A stretch of 64,000 nt of DNA from a virus (Duplodnaviria; Caudoviricetes), in the IMG/VR virus record IMGVR_UViG_3300036833_000232, positions 34,662 through 98,661 of that record. The stretch is one strand, 5' to 3'. Positions 35,446 through 45,412 of this stretch are shown here, piece by piece. The first letter of the stretch is position 1, and each line of letters begins with the position of its first letter. The notes under the pieces were generated by a model that saw only the letters and a program-made list of their open reading frames with translations, had not been told where the DNA came from and made no database searches. The translations under genes and the position numbers were made by a program.

Positions 35446-36704
35446 TCGCCGCTACGTCGCCGCCGTGGGCTGTAGGGCAGTGGCATCGCCTTGGTGGTGT
35501 CGTGGTGCGGGATCGTGCCGACTTTTTTGCCGGTTGCGTGCGCCGCCCAGCACTTCAACAGCACCAGCAGCAGTGTCTCGCGGCGGTGCAGAATCGTTCG
35601 TGGTGGGGTGCGCGCGGCCCAGTTCCGCAGTGTCAATGCCGGGTCCCCCGCGCGGAGGTTTTCCCCGGTGCGCAACTGCTCACAGAACTCGTCGAGCGAT
35701 TCTTGACCGTCGGGCCATGCTTCCAGTGTGAGGTGCCGGAATGCGGCGATCGACGCGCCGATCATGTGGGTTTTCGTGCCGGTGTTGGTGCCGACTCGGA
35801 CGTGGTCGGGCATGTCGGGCCAGCGGGCGGCGCATTCGACGACGATCTGGTTAGTGAGTTTGATCTTGCTCCAGCTTGGCCACGTCGGCCAGTCGGAGGT
35901 GTCCCGCCACATCGTGTAGTGGTAGACCAGCTTCAACGCGGACACCAGCATGAGCGCCGATTCGTGACCGACCATGCCAACCACGTCGGGTGCGGACCGG
36001 TTCTTGCCAGTATTCAAGATCACGAACACATCGGCTGGCACGTTGTAGGTGACCCGCATCGTCACTGTGCGGCCGGTTTCGCTGCTGGCGATCGCTTCGA
36101 GGCGGTGCTGCCCGTCCAGGATCGACCCGTCGGTACACACCGACAGACCCTCGGGGGTTTCCAGCCAGTCGCCGCGGTCGATGATCCCACGCAGCCACGC
36201 GATGTGGTTGGTGTCGCGGCGCCGTTGCCGCAAGGGTGCCCCATCGCTGGTGGTCGCGGTGAACGGCCGGTCGGCCAGCTCTCGGGCCCGTTCGGGGCTG
36301 ATCTGTTCGGTGCGGGTGTGCATGCCGCGGTAACCGGCGGGACGGGCGACGTCGTCGCTGGCGAGTGAGGCGTGCACCGCGGCAGCGCCGTTGGCGTCGG
36401 CGGGTGCCGCGAGTTTCTGTTGCGCGGACACTCGTGCCGTGTTCAGCGCGGATCGTCGTCGGCTGGTGTTCTGCTTGTCCAGGGTGGCGAGGTCGGCGGC
36501 GAACCCGATCAAGTTGAGGTCGGCGATGGTGTTGTTCAGGCCGCGGGTGTCGGATCCGCCGGAGGTGTGCAGACCAGCGGTTCCCCCGTGAGGGTTGCGG
36601 ATGATGTAGCCGGATTTGGTGGGGACGACGGTCCAGCCGAGGGGTTCGAGACGGCGTGCCTGGGCGACCAGCAGCGCCATCTCACTTCGTCGGGCGGTGG
36701 CCAT
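35442..36704 (-). CDS. ParB/Srx-like domain protein with a HicA-like N-terminal domain
   Basis: DGSILDGQHRLEAI; N-terminal GWTV...SGY...HTS..SD.R...N..ADL. Confidence 0.7.
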   Translation of the reverse strand: MATARRSEMALLVAQARRLEPLGWTVVPTKSGYIIRNPHGGTAGLHTSGGSDTRGLNNTIADLNLIGFAADLATLDKQNTSRRRSALNTARVSAQQKLAAPADANGAAAVHASLASDDVARPAGYRGMHTRTEQISPERARELADRPFTATTSDGAPLRQRRRDTNHIAWLRGIIDRGDWLETPEGLSVCTDGSILDGQHRLEAIASSETGRTVTMRVTYNVPADVFVILNTGKNRSAPDVVGMVGHESALMLVSALKLVYHYTMWRDTSDWPTWPSWSKIKLTNQIVVECAARWPDMPDHVRVGTNTGTKTHMIGASIAAFRHLTLEAWPDGQESLDEFCEQLRTGENLRAGDPALTLRNWAARTPPRTILHRRETLLLVLLKCWAAHATGKKVGTIPHHDTTKAMPLPYSPRRRRSGD

Positions 36705-36742
36705 GGATGTGGTCCTTCCGGTCGTGCGGGTGGATCTTCCGC

Positions 36743-37108
36743 TCAGTGTGCGGGAGGGCGTTGCCGGTTGCGGGTCTGTTCCCGGACGGTGCGGCTGGAC
36801 TGGGTGGGCCGCCCGGTCAACCCGAGGATGTCGGCCAGTTCGCCGAACGCTTCCCGTCGGTCGCCGCTGGTGGTGTCGGGGATGGTGGTGTGGACCCAGC
36901 GGGCCACGAACCGGGCGGCGAGCACCGCTTCCCACCCGCCCCGGTCGAGGCGGTGGCCGACGGCGACTTCCCCCAGCGCCGTACATAGAGGTACCCCGGC
37001 GGCGATGTGGCGGTCCACTTCGGCGGCCAGTTCGGTGTAGTCGGGGCGGCGCCGCCCGGATCCGGAGACGCCGACGGTGTGCCCGCGGTCGTGCAAATCG
37101 GACGACAC
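36743..37108 (-). CDS. Hypothetical protein
   Basis: Fits operon packing. Confidence 0.45.
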   Translation of the reverse strand: MSSDLHDRGHTVGVSGSGRRRPDYTELAAEVDRHIAAGVPLCTALGEVAVGHRLDRGGWEAVLAARFVARWVHTTIPDTTSGDRREAFGELADILGLTGRPTQSSRTVREQTRNRQRPPAH

Positions 37109-37112
37109 CCGG

Positions 37113-37517
37113 TCACCTGCCGATCCCGGGTTGGATCCCGGCGGCGGCCAGCAGCACGGCGGGCGGGATGGCTGCGGCGGCGGCGTCCGCGACCGCCCAG
37201 TAGGTGGCGTCCGTGCCTCGCTCGGGGGCGAACACGGCGGCGGGGACCAGGATCGCCGCATAGCCGCGTAGCGCCCACTCGTAGACCAGCTCGGGGGCGA
37301 TCAAGACTGATGCGGCGCGGTCGAGGCGGCCACGGTGGGCGGTGATGGTGGTGGCGTCCAGGGCGGTCAGGCAGGTTTGGGTGGACACCCACCAGGCCCA
37401 TTCGGCGCAGTCGGTGACCTGCTGCAACACCGGCGGCGGTACGGCGGCGGCGCGGCGGGCGCGGGGGTCGGTGTGCCGCCCGATCCGGGGTAGCCCTGTG
37501 TCGGCGGTGATGGTCAT
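37113..37517 (-). CDS. Hypothetical protein
   Basis: ATGA coupling to an upstream small ORF. Confidence 0.5.
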   Translation of the reverse strand: MTITADTGLPRIGRHTDPRARRAAAVPPPVLQQVTDCAEWAWWVSTQTCLTALDATTITAHRGRLDRAASVLIAPELVYEWALRGYAAILVPAAVFAPERGTDATYWAVADAAAAAIPPAVLLAAAGIQPGIGR

Positions 37518-37690
37518 GGCCACGCCACCCACACCCACACCGCCGCGAGTGCCAGCAGCAGGACGGCGCATTCGGCGCGGCAGGACCGCAGTTGCAGCAG
37601 CAGGACCGCCCGGCGGTAGCGGTGGGAGTGGCGGTAGGCGCGGGCGCGGTGCCGGCCGCACGGGTAGGCGGCCATCACGGTTGCCTCTGG

Positions 37691-37936
37691 TCAGCGGTAG
37701 GACAGTTGTTCGGCGTCGGTTTCGGCGTCGGTGATCCGCACGTCGTGGGGGTGGTCGAGGCGGACCGGGCCGCGGCGGGGAACGAGGCGTTGGCAGTGCT
37801 GGCCGATGCCGGCGTGGCAGTGGCGGCAGGCGACGCGTAGCGCGGAGGACCCGACCAGGCGTGGCCCGGTCGGGGTCCATGCCAGGGTGCAGCCGTGTCC
37901 TGGGGTGGGCACGGTGCAGGTGCGCGACGCCCGCAT
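37691..37936 (-). CDS. Small Zn-finger protein
   Basis: VACRHCHA..G..C...H..R. Confidence 0.5.
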   Translation of the reverse strand: MRASRTCTVPTPGHGCTLAWTPTGPRLVGSSALRVACRHCHAGIGQHCQRLVPRRGPVRLDHPHDVRITDAETDAEQLSYR

Positions 37937-38548
37937 GTGATCAAGTATGCGCCGGTACCCCCGGGGGGTGTGGGGGGTTTTCCGGGGTCCCAGCGGGCTG
38001 GCCTGCTGCGACGCGCTACACGGAGATCACGGTTGGTCACGACTTGACCGGAAACGGCTGTCACCAGTGCGTTTGGGGGCACAATGCACCGCACACCCGG
38101 ATCCCTTCGTCAGTGGGGGATTAGGGCCGTAGTGCTCGGCCGGTGTTCACAGCACCGGCCGAGCATGCTTCGGAAAGGGCTCACGGACCTCCCTGTTGAT
38201 ACTCCGCGGTAGGTACCAATCGAGGCACCCGGAAAATCACCGGAAGGCGACTCTCTGTTACGGAAGTACCACGGTGGGCACCGTGTCAAGCGCGTGTTCA
38301 CCTACCGGAATGTCCCGCACCCGGGGACCAGGAGTGCGACAAAACTACTGGTAGGACTGCCGGATAGTACGACCGTACCAGCGAGTAATGGTCCAAGTGG
38401 AGGACACGGTTTTGTCACGGCCACCTGACCATGCGTGCCCACGACAACGCACCGTAAACACCAACATGCACCCATTTGGGTGACAAAATCCCCGTATCGT
38501 ATGGCGACTACCCACACGCCCCGCTACCCACGGTAGAAAACGTTAACT

Positions 38549-39895
38549 TCACCCCTGCGCCAGGTCAGCGAACCGGCTGTAATGCAACTGGTGAGCCACC
38601 GTGATCGTCGACGTCGGCCCCGACCGATGCTTCGCCAAGATCAAATCAGCTTCGCCCGCCCGCGGATCATCCCGATCCCACGCATCCGGACGATTGATCA
38701 GGATCACCATGTCCGCATCCTGCTCCAACGAGCCCGACTCACGCAGATCCGACAACATCGGCCGCTTATCCGTGCGCTGCTCCGGCCCCCGATTCAACTG
38801 CGAAATCGCAATCACCGGCACCTCAAGCTCCTTGGCCAGCAACTTCAACTGCCGGGAAAACTCCGACACCTCCTGTTGCCGGGACTCCACCCGCTTGCCG
38901 GAGGTCATGAGCTGGAGATAGTCGACCACGATCAGCTTCAGGTCGTTGCGCTGCTTGAGCCGCCTTGCCTTGGCCCGGATCTCCATCATGGTCATGTTCG
39001 GCGAGTCGTCCACGAACAGCGGGGCCTCGCTGATCTCGCTCATCCGCCGGGCCAGCCGGGTCCAGTCGTCATCGGTCATCCGGCCACCGCGCATGTCCGC
39101 CAGCCGGATCTTCGCCTCGGCCGACAACAGGCGCGTGGTGATCTCCGTGCGAGACATCTCCAACGAGAAGATCACGCTGGTCAGACCGTGTTTCAGTGAG
39201 CACGACCGCGCGATGTCCAAACCGAGGCAGCTTTTTCCAATTCCAGGCCTGGCGGCCAAAATCACCATCTGGCCGGGGTGCAGACCGTTGGTCACGTGGT
39301 CCAGGTCCGCGAACCCGGTCGGCACGCCCATCGCCGACCCGCCCCGTGACGCGATCGAGTCGATCTCGTCCATTGTGGGTTGCAGCAAGTCCTCCAGCAC
39401 GGCGTAGTCCTCGGACATCCGCCGCTCCGTCACCTCATACACCGCCGCCTGCGCCCGGTCGACCACCTCGTCGATCTCGGCGCCCTCCGCGCCGTTGTAG
39501 CCGAGCTGCACGATCCTGGTGCCGGCCTCGACCAGCCGGCGCAGCACCGACTTCTCCGCCACGATTTCCGCGTAGTAGCCGGCATTCGCGGCCGTCGGCA
39601 CGGTGGCGATCAGGGTGTGCAGGTAGGGCGCGCCGCCCACCCGGCCCAGTTCGCCGCGGCGCTCCAACTCGGCCGACACGGTGATCGGGTCGGCCGGTTC
39701 ACCGCGGCTGTAGAGATCCAGCACGCAGTCGTACACGGCCTGGTGCGCGGGACGACAGAAGTCGCCGGGGGACAGCACTTCCACCACATCGGCGATGGCG
39801 TCCTTGGACAACATCATTCCGCCGAGCACCGACTGCTCCGCGGCCAGGTCCTGCGGTGGCATCCGTTCGTAGGCCACCTCCGTGGCCGCCGTCAT
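38549..39895 (-). CDS. dnaB: Replicative DNA helicase
   Basis: Full length: PPQDLAAEQSVLG, AARPGIGKS, FSLEMS, VVDYLQLM, SQLNRGPEQR, DLRESGSLEQDAD. Confidence 0.97.
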   Translation of the reverse strand: MTAATEVAYERMPPQDLAAEQSVLGGMMLSKDAIADVVEVLSPGDFCRPAHQAVYDCVLDLYSRGEPADPITVSAELERRGELGRVGGAPYLHTLIATVPTAANAGYYAEIVAEKSVLRRLVEAGTRIVQLGYNGAEGAEIDEVVDRAQAAVYEVTERRMSEDYAVLEDLLQPTMDEIDSIASRGGSAMGVPTGFADLDHVTNGLHPGQMVILAARPGIGKSCLGLDIARSCSLKHGLTSVIFSLEMSRTEITTRLLSAEAKIRLADMRGGRMTDDDWTRLARRMSEISEAPLFVDDSPNMTMMEIRAKARRLKQRNDLKLIVVDYLQLMTSGKRVESRQQEVSEFSRQLKLLAKELEVPVIAISQLNRGPEQRTDKRPMLSDLRESGSLEQDADMVILINRPDAWDRDDPRAGEADLILAKHRSGPTSTITVAHQLHYSRFADLAQG

Positions 39896-40111
39896 GACCC
39901 GTCCCCGGACGGCAGAGTCGCGGCGATCTGCTGGGCCAACTCGATGGCGTTTTCGACGCCAGCGACGATCTGATCGGAGGTGAACTCCCGGGCGGTCGAC
40001 ATCAGCGGTACTCCCTGGTGGTCGCGGGTGGTCCTGTCCTGTGGTGGAGGTGAAGCACCTTCTGGTGCCGCCGGGTCGGGCACGGCACCAGAAGGGTCAA
40101 ACACGATCGAG

Positions 40112-40822
40112 TTAGGAGAGGTCGAGGGTGGCCAGTGTGGTCGTCGACAGCGACTCGGCGTAGGTCTCCGCCTGGGTGTTGGCGGTGACCCGATGCCACT
40201 GGCCCACCGCTCGCCGCCCGAACGCCAGCACCCGTGTCGAGTTCTCCAGGTCGGGGATGATCGACGCGAGTGCGTATCCCACCCACTCGCCGGGTTCCTG
40301 CGCCTCTACCAGCGTCGCGGGTTCGGTCGTGTAGCTGGCCTGCTCCGCGCGGGCCAGGCACGCCGACAGCACCTCCCGCAACGCGACGACACCCATACAG
40401 GTCGTCAACAGCGGTGCCGGCCGGAGACGAGACCGGTAGGGGATGCCCGCGTTCCAACCGCGGTCGGTGCCTTGCGCGACCAGCCATGCCGCCCCCACCA
40501 CCTGCCCGGCCCACGACCAGCACTGCCGCACCGACGCCCCCGCGGTCCCGAGCGTGGTGTGGGCGATGTTGGTGATCCCCATCGAGCACGGCGGGCACAA
40601 CAGGTCACCGTGATCGGTGTGGGTGCAAACCCGGTCGTTGAGCATCCGCCCGAACGCAGCCAACGTCCGCGACACCCCCGCCGGCCACGACGTGATCGGA
40701 TACTCGCCCTGTTCCCAACTGATCCGTTCCCACCCGCACATCAGGGGCGGAACCCCCTTGTCGGGTTGGGTGTGGGATCCGCGGGCCAAACGGGGCACCA
40801 GCACCTCATCGATATCGGTCAC
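40112..40822 (-). CDS. Hypothetical phage protein
   Basis: GAAAGGA RBS; Cys motifs. Confidence 0.6.
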   Translation of the reverse strand: MTDIDEVLVPRLARGSHTQPDKGVPPLMCGWERISWEQGEYPITSWPAGVSRTLAAFGRMLNDRVCTHTDHGDLLCPPCSMGITNIAHTTLGTAGASVRQCWSWAGQVVGAAWLVAQGTDRGWNAGIPYRSRLRPAPLLTTCMGVVALREVLSACLARAEQASYTTEPATLVEAQEPGEWVGYALASIIPDLENSTRVLAFGRRAVGQWHRVTANTQAETYAESLSTTTLATLDLS

Positions 40823-41036
40823 GGCCGGTCCTTTCCATCTCCGCCACCCCGCTGGGTGTGTCACGTACCGTCTCCCTGGGTTCTAGCTGTGACACCTGGC
40901 CAGGTGGTTGCGACACGCCCGAGAGTGGACCTCTACGTCGCCCAGCGTTGCGCTCGGGGTATCGTCCGTACGCCAATCAAGGTGAACCCCGGTGCCTGCC
41001 CCCCGTGCGCAGCACCGGGGTTTTGCGTCCCCCGGG

Positions 41037-41324
41037 TTATGCCGCGGTCGCGGCGGGGGCGTGAGCCACGTCGAACACTGTCCAGTCCGGTGGCACATCC
41101 GCCTGACACGCGCCCGTGGCCCTCCCCGCATCGACACCGTCGATGGTGAACCGGTACAGCGTCACCCCGCACAACCCGATGTACTGGGCAGTCGCCCGCA
41201 CCCACGTCCCGTCCGGGCAGCGATGCCGATACCGTTCCAGGGACACCCGGGGCAACGGGGATGCCGGGCGGGTGTCGATGTCCCCGGTGACCGCGTCCGG
41301 CCTGTTCGGCCACCAGCCGCTCAC
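41037..41324 (-). CDS. Hypothetical protein
   Basis: GTGA overlap with the upstream gene. Confidence 0.45.
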   Translation of the reverse strand: MSGWWPNRPDAVTGDIDTRPASPLPRVSLERYRHRCPDGTWVRATAQYIGLCGVTLYRFTIDGVDAGRATGACQADVPPDWTVFDVAHAPAATAA

Positions 41325-42574
41325 GCCGTCGCCTCGGCCGATTTGCTGGTACGCAACTTGTTGCCGTAGTCGGCCTGCTCCGCCAGCAACACCTCGCCGT
41401 TGTCCATGACGGCCATCCCCTCGGCTTCCTTGGCCAAGTCCTCCTTATCGGCGTCGGAGAGGGTGCGCAGGTCGTCCACGACGCGGTCGAGGATCCCGGA
41501 CGCCAAGTCCAGGCGTGCCGGGCCTTTGGCGAAGGTCGCGCCGTCCAGTGCCCGCCGCCACCGGTCCATCGCGGTGGCATTACGGGCCCGCCCGGCATCC
41601 GGTTTCCCCCGGGTCGGTGGTGTCCCGGCCGACGGCACCGTGGCCGGTTGCGCGGCGGGGGTGGCGACCACTTCCGCGTCGACGATGTCCGGTGCCGCGG
41701 GCGGGGTGTCGGTGACCGTGGCCTCCACCGGCTCCGAATCGCCACCCGCCGGGCTCGGCGTGGATGCCGTGGCCGCTTTCCCCAATGCGATGATCAGGTC
41801 ACCGATGGTGGTGTCATTCCCGTCACCATCGGTGGTGGCCTCCGTTCCCGTCAACCCGGCCTTCTTGGCCTGGACCCACAGCGCGGTCAACTCATCGCGG
41901 GTGGTCGCGGCCAGCGCCTGGTCCCGCAGCCCGGTGACCACCACATGCGGCACGTCGGCGAAGGTCTGCACCCGCTCGGCGCGGGCCTGGATGATCTCGC
42001 CGTCCTCGTCGACGTCGGCCCCCAACTCTTCGGGGGTGTAGTGCAGCCCGAACAGGGCTTCCTCGCAGGCGTCGCGGGCGACCTCGGTGACCGCACGGTG
42101 CTTGGTCATGTTGATCGGGTACTTCTCCCACGACGTGGGCCGGTTCTTGTCGTCCCGCGCGTACGGCTGGCCGTCCTTGTCGAGGGTGCATAGACCGGCT
42201 TTGACGGCGCGCTGGTAGCTCCACTCGGCGCGGAAGGTGTAGTCGGGGTCGTCGGCCCGTACGATCTCTGCCCACCCGGTGCGGGTTTTCGGGTCGTAGC
42301 CGACCCGCAGCCGGTGGCCGGCACGGCGGACGAGGGCACCGATCAGGCCGGCGCTGGCGGTGGGTTTGCCTTTGATGACGTGGATACCGGTGATGGCTGC
42401 CATCGCGCCGAGGCCGAGCATGGCGCCGTATTCGATGGCGTAGAAGACGTTCGCGGGCTGCTTTTTGTAGGCGTCGGGTAGCAGCATTGATGCGGCGAGG
42501 TGGTCGGCGTAGGAGATGCGGTCCGACAGGGTTGCCAGCGGCAACGGTCGGGCCAGGGGGACCAGTTCGGTCAT
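41321..42574 (-). CDS. RecT/Red-beta-like single-strand annealing protein
   Basis: LLPDAY..PAN...G..LGL....I.VI.GKP...W..YP..M...RA....R.....GL.YTPEELG. Confidence 0.75.
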   Translation of the reverse strand: MTELVPLARPLPLATLSDRISYADHLAASMLLPDAYKKQPANVFYAIEYGAMLGLGAMAAITGIHVIKGKPTASAGLIGALVRRAGHRLRVGYDPKTRTGWAEIVRADDPDYTFRAEWSYQRAVKAGLCTLDKDGQPYARDDKNRPTSWEKYPINMTKHRAVTEVARDACEEALFGLHYTPEELGADVDEDGEIIQARAERVQTFADVPHVVVTGLRDQALAATTRDELTALWVQAKKAGLTGTEATTDGDGNDTTIGDLIIALGKAATASTPSPAGGDSEPVEATVTDTPPAAPDIVDAEVVATPAAQPATVPSAGTPPTRGKPDAGRARNATAMDRWRRALDGATFAKGPARLDLASGILDRVVDDLRTLSDADKEDLAKEAEGMAVMDNGEVLLAEQADYGNKLRTSKSAEATA

Positions 42575-42790
42575 GGGTGGTGCTCCTAGCGGTGATCCTT
42601 CTGTGGTGTGCCACAAGTACACACCAACCGCACGTGGAAGTCAACCGCCGAAAGACCCTATCTGACCAGCAAAAACAAGCCCAAAACCGGTCGCGTGAAC
42701 ACCGCTCACGCGACCGGCAACACACTGCCCGCCGCCCGCCGTTGACCCTATGATCCGCGCCCGCCCCGACAACCCCCGGGCACCGCGCGG

Positions 42791-43123
42791 CTACGTCCTC
42801 CGGGCCGGTCCGGAGGACTCCGCCCCGGTCTTCATGGCTTCCGCCCGCCGCGCCACCAGCCACTCGTAATAGGCGTCGATGTTGCCACCTTGCGGGTTGC
42901 GTCGCCGACGACCAGCGGCGACCTCATCGGGGGTGCGCTCCCACATTCGGAGCGCGTCCCGGCTCGCCCCGATCTCGTAGGCGGCGACCGTGAGGTTCCG
43001 GTCGGTAGCCTCCCGCCACCGGCGGGCGTCACCGGAGTCAACCCAGTCCCGGATCGCCATCCCTCGGGCATGGCGGCGGGTGGGGGATGGTTCGGCGGCA
43101 TCAGCGGGCGGGGTGGTCTTCAT
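42791..43123 (-). CDS. XRE-like HTH regulator (candidate repressor, leaderless)
   Basis: RRWRE...LTVAAYEIGASRDALRMWER; TAGGAT 7 nt before the ATG; divergent from the early operon. Confidence 0.65.
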   Translation of the reverse strand: MKTTPPADAAEPSPTRRHARGMAIRDWVDSGDARRWREATDRNLTVAAYEIGASRDALRMWERTPDEVAAGRRRRNPQGGNIDAYYEWLVARRAEAMKTGAESSGPARRT

Positions 43124-43175
43124 GACGCGCATCCTACAACAATCCGCTGTGTCCGCTACCCAACACCGCCCACCG

Positions 43176-43223
43176 GATAATGCAGTAAACGCGCTTGAGG
43201 ATGATGCACACGGCGGGTAGTGT
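43176..43223 (+). promoter_or_regulatory. Early rightward promoter
   Basis: TTGAGG-17-TAGTGT; near-duplicate at 47871. Confidence 0.65.
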
Positions 43224-43267
43224 GGGACATCCACCACAGAAAACCGGACCACCCGAAGGACACCGCC

Positions 43268-43693
43268 ATGGACTGGCACCGCGCGGCCTGCCGCGACGAA
43301 GGCCCCGAACTGTTCTTCCCCGTCGGCCGCCCGGGCATGGCCGCGAACGTGGAGCAGATCGCCGAAGCCAAAGCCGTGTGCCGCCGCTGCCCCATCGCCG
43401 CGGCCTGCCTGACCTGGGCGCTCGAAACCCGCACCGACACCGGCGTGTTCGGCGGCATGGACGAGACCGAACGCCGCGCCCTGCGCCTCCGACACCTCGC
43501 CGAACACCCGCCCACCCCCACCCAGCCGGACACCAACGGCCGGCCCGGACCCCGCGCGGTCATCGACCTCGCCGAGGTCGAGCACCTCCGCGCCGGCGGC
43601 ATGTCCACCGCGTTGATCGCCGACCATTTCGGGGTCACCGAGGACGCGCTGGAACGGCACCGCTGGGCACGCACCACCCAGAAGGCGTCGTGA
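43268..43693 (+). CDS. whiB: WhiB-family transcription factor (copy 2) with C-terminal HTH
   Basis: MDWHRAACRDEGPELFFPVG...AKAVCRRCPI...CL.WAL...GVFGG..E.ERR. Confidence 0.92.
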   Translation: MDWHRAACRDEGPELFFPVGRPGMAANVEQIAEAKAVCRRCPIAAACLTWALETRTDTGVFGGMDETERRALRLRHLAEHPPTPTQPDTNGRPGPRAVIDLAEVEHLRAGGMSTALIADHFGVTEDALERHRWARTTQKAS

Positions 43694-43956
43694 AGCGGAC
43701 GGCTGTCGACATCAACCGGCCGTTGATCGCTCTGGAAGGTGGACCCAAAAGCAACCAGTGGTTTTGGCTGGCCGACTGGCACATCAAATGCCAGTCGGTT
43801 CGGGCGCAGAATTTCCCGCCTGCCCATCCGGCGTATGCGGCGTTGTGGTACCGGCCGACCGGTCGCTACATCGACAACCCGGACCGCCACTATCCGCAGG
43901 GCGAGGTGTGGACCTACACCCCACCCGCCGCGGCCGGCCGCCAGGTGACACCGTGA
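43690..43956 (+). CDS. Hypothetical protein
   Basis: GTGA coupling. Confidence 0.55.
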   Translation: MKRTAVDINRPLIALEGGPKSNQWFWLADWHIKCQSVRAQNFPPAHPAYAALWYRPTGRYIDNPDRHYPQGEVWTYTPPAAAGRQVTP

Positions 43957-44408
43957 AACAAACCCCCCTGCAACGGCACACACCGCTCACCCGCGGCACC
44001 CCGCTCACGCGGAGCACACCACTCGCCACCCAGGCTCCCCGTAAACCCGGCGAAGCCGCCGCCGAGAAAAACGCCCGCAAAGTGGTCTACGGCCGGTCCG
44101 GTGGCTCGTGCGAACTCCGCATTCCCGGCGTCTGCCTCGGTCGCGGCACCGTCTTCTCCCACCGCCTCCCCGAAGGCCAAGGCGGCCTGTGGATCCCGGC
44201 CAACGGGGTCCACGCCTGCGGGTGGGGCAACTTCGGGCCGGGCTGTCACCCCTGGATCGAGCAGCACCGCACCGAGTCCTACGCCAACGGCCGCCTGTTG
44301 GTCGACGGCCAGGACCCGTTGACCACACCTATCCTCCTCGCCGTCGGCCTGGTGCTACTGGACAACAAGGGCGGCATGTCGCCCGTTGACGAAGGGAACG
44401 CGGCGTGA
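43953..44408 (+). CDS. HNH-like nuclease
   Basis: RSGG.CE....C....HR...GG....N....C......CH...E.H. Confidence 0.7.
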   Translation: MKQTPLQRHTPLTRGTPLTRSTPLATQAPRKPGEAAAEKNARKVVYGRSGGSCELRIPGVCLGRGTVFSHRLPEGQGGLWIPANGVHACGWGNFGPGCHPWIEQHRTESYANGRLLVDGQDPLTTPILLAVGLVLLDNKGGMSPVDEGNAA

Positions 44409-45412
44409 ACGAGCCAACGATCCGCGTCCTATCGCTCGGCGCGGGTGTCCAATCAACCACCCTTGCCTTGTTGGCCTGCTCGGGTGAACTACCCAAACCG
44501 GATGCGGCGATCTTCGCTGACACCGGGTGGGAACCGAAAGCGGTGTGCGAACACCTCGACCGGCTCGCTGTCGAACTGGACCAGGCCGGAATCCCACTGC
44601 ACAAGGTCGGACGTGGAGGCAGCATCCGGGATGATGTATTGGACCGGCATGTGTTCGCCACCATCCCCGTGCAGGTGCTAAAGCCTGACGGTACCGCAGG
44701 GAAAGCGCTACGCCAGTGCACTGGAAAATATAAAGTCGAGCCGGTCGAACGAAAGATCCGCGAACTGCTAGGAGCGCGGGTCCGAGAGGTTAAATGCCGC
44801 TTCTGCGAAGGCAGCGGAACCCGCATTGCTCCTTGGGATATTGATGCGGGACCTGGCCAGTGCAGCGTGTGCCGAGGTGGCGGCATACGTCGCCTAGTCG
44901 GGGGTGTACCGAAAGGTGCGACGGTAGACCAATGGATCGGGTTCTCGACCGACGAGGTCCAGAGGGTGTCCAGCAATGGGTTTCCGCCATACGCAACGCC
45001 GCGATATCCACTCATCGAGTTGGACATGTCCCGCACGGATTGCAATAGGTGGCTGAAGCAACGCGGCTGGACAGTCGCGAAGTCCGCGTGTATCGGTTGC
45101 CCTTACCATGGTAATCGCCACTGGCGCGAAATGCGGGACAGTCAACCGTCCGAGTGGGCAGACGCCGTAGACTTCGATCGTGAGATTCGCCATGCGCCAG
45201 GTATGGCCGGTCAGAAATTTCTTCACTCCAGCCTCAAACCTTTGGACAAAGCGCCCATTGACCGGGTATCTCGGACTGAATGGGCGGACCGGCAAACCAA
45301 CCTATTCGACGCCATTGCTGACATCGAGGCGGGGGTTGACGAGGACGGCGACCCGGATGGTTGTTCGCCGTATGGCTGCCGGTCGGGATCATCCGAGGAC
45401 GGCCCGGCGTGA
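44405..45412 (+). CDS. PAPS-reductase-like adenine nucleotide alpha hydrolase
   Basis: LSLGAGVQST, FADTGWE, IGFSTDE..R, YPL, KSAC..CPYH. Confidence 0.75.
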   Translation: MNEPTIRVLSLGAGVQSTTLALLACSGELPKPDAAIFADTGWEPKAVCEHLDRLAVELDQAGIPLHKVGRGGSIRDDVLDRHVFATIPVQVLKPDGTAGKALRQCTGKYKVEPVERKIRELLGARVREVKCRFCEGSGTRIAPWDIDAGPGQCSVCRGGGIRRLVGGVPKGATVDQWIGFSTDEVQRVSSNGFPPYATPRYPLIELDMSRTDCNRWLKQRGWTVAKSACIGCPYHGNRHWREMRDSQPSEWADAVDFDREIRHAPGMAGQKFLHSSLKPLDKAPIDRVSRTEWADRQTNLFDAIADIEAGVDEDGDPDGCSPYGCRSGSSEDGPA

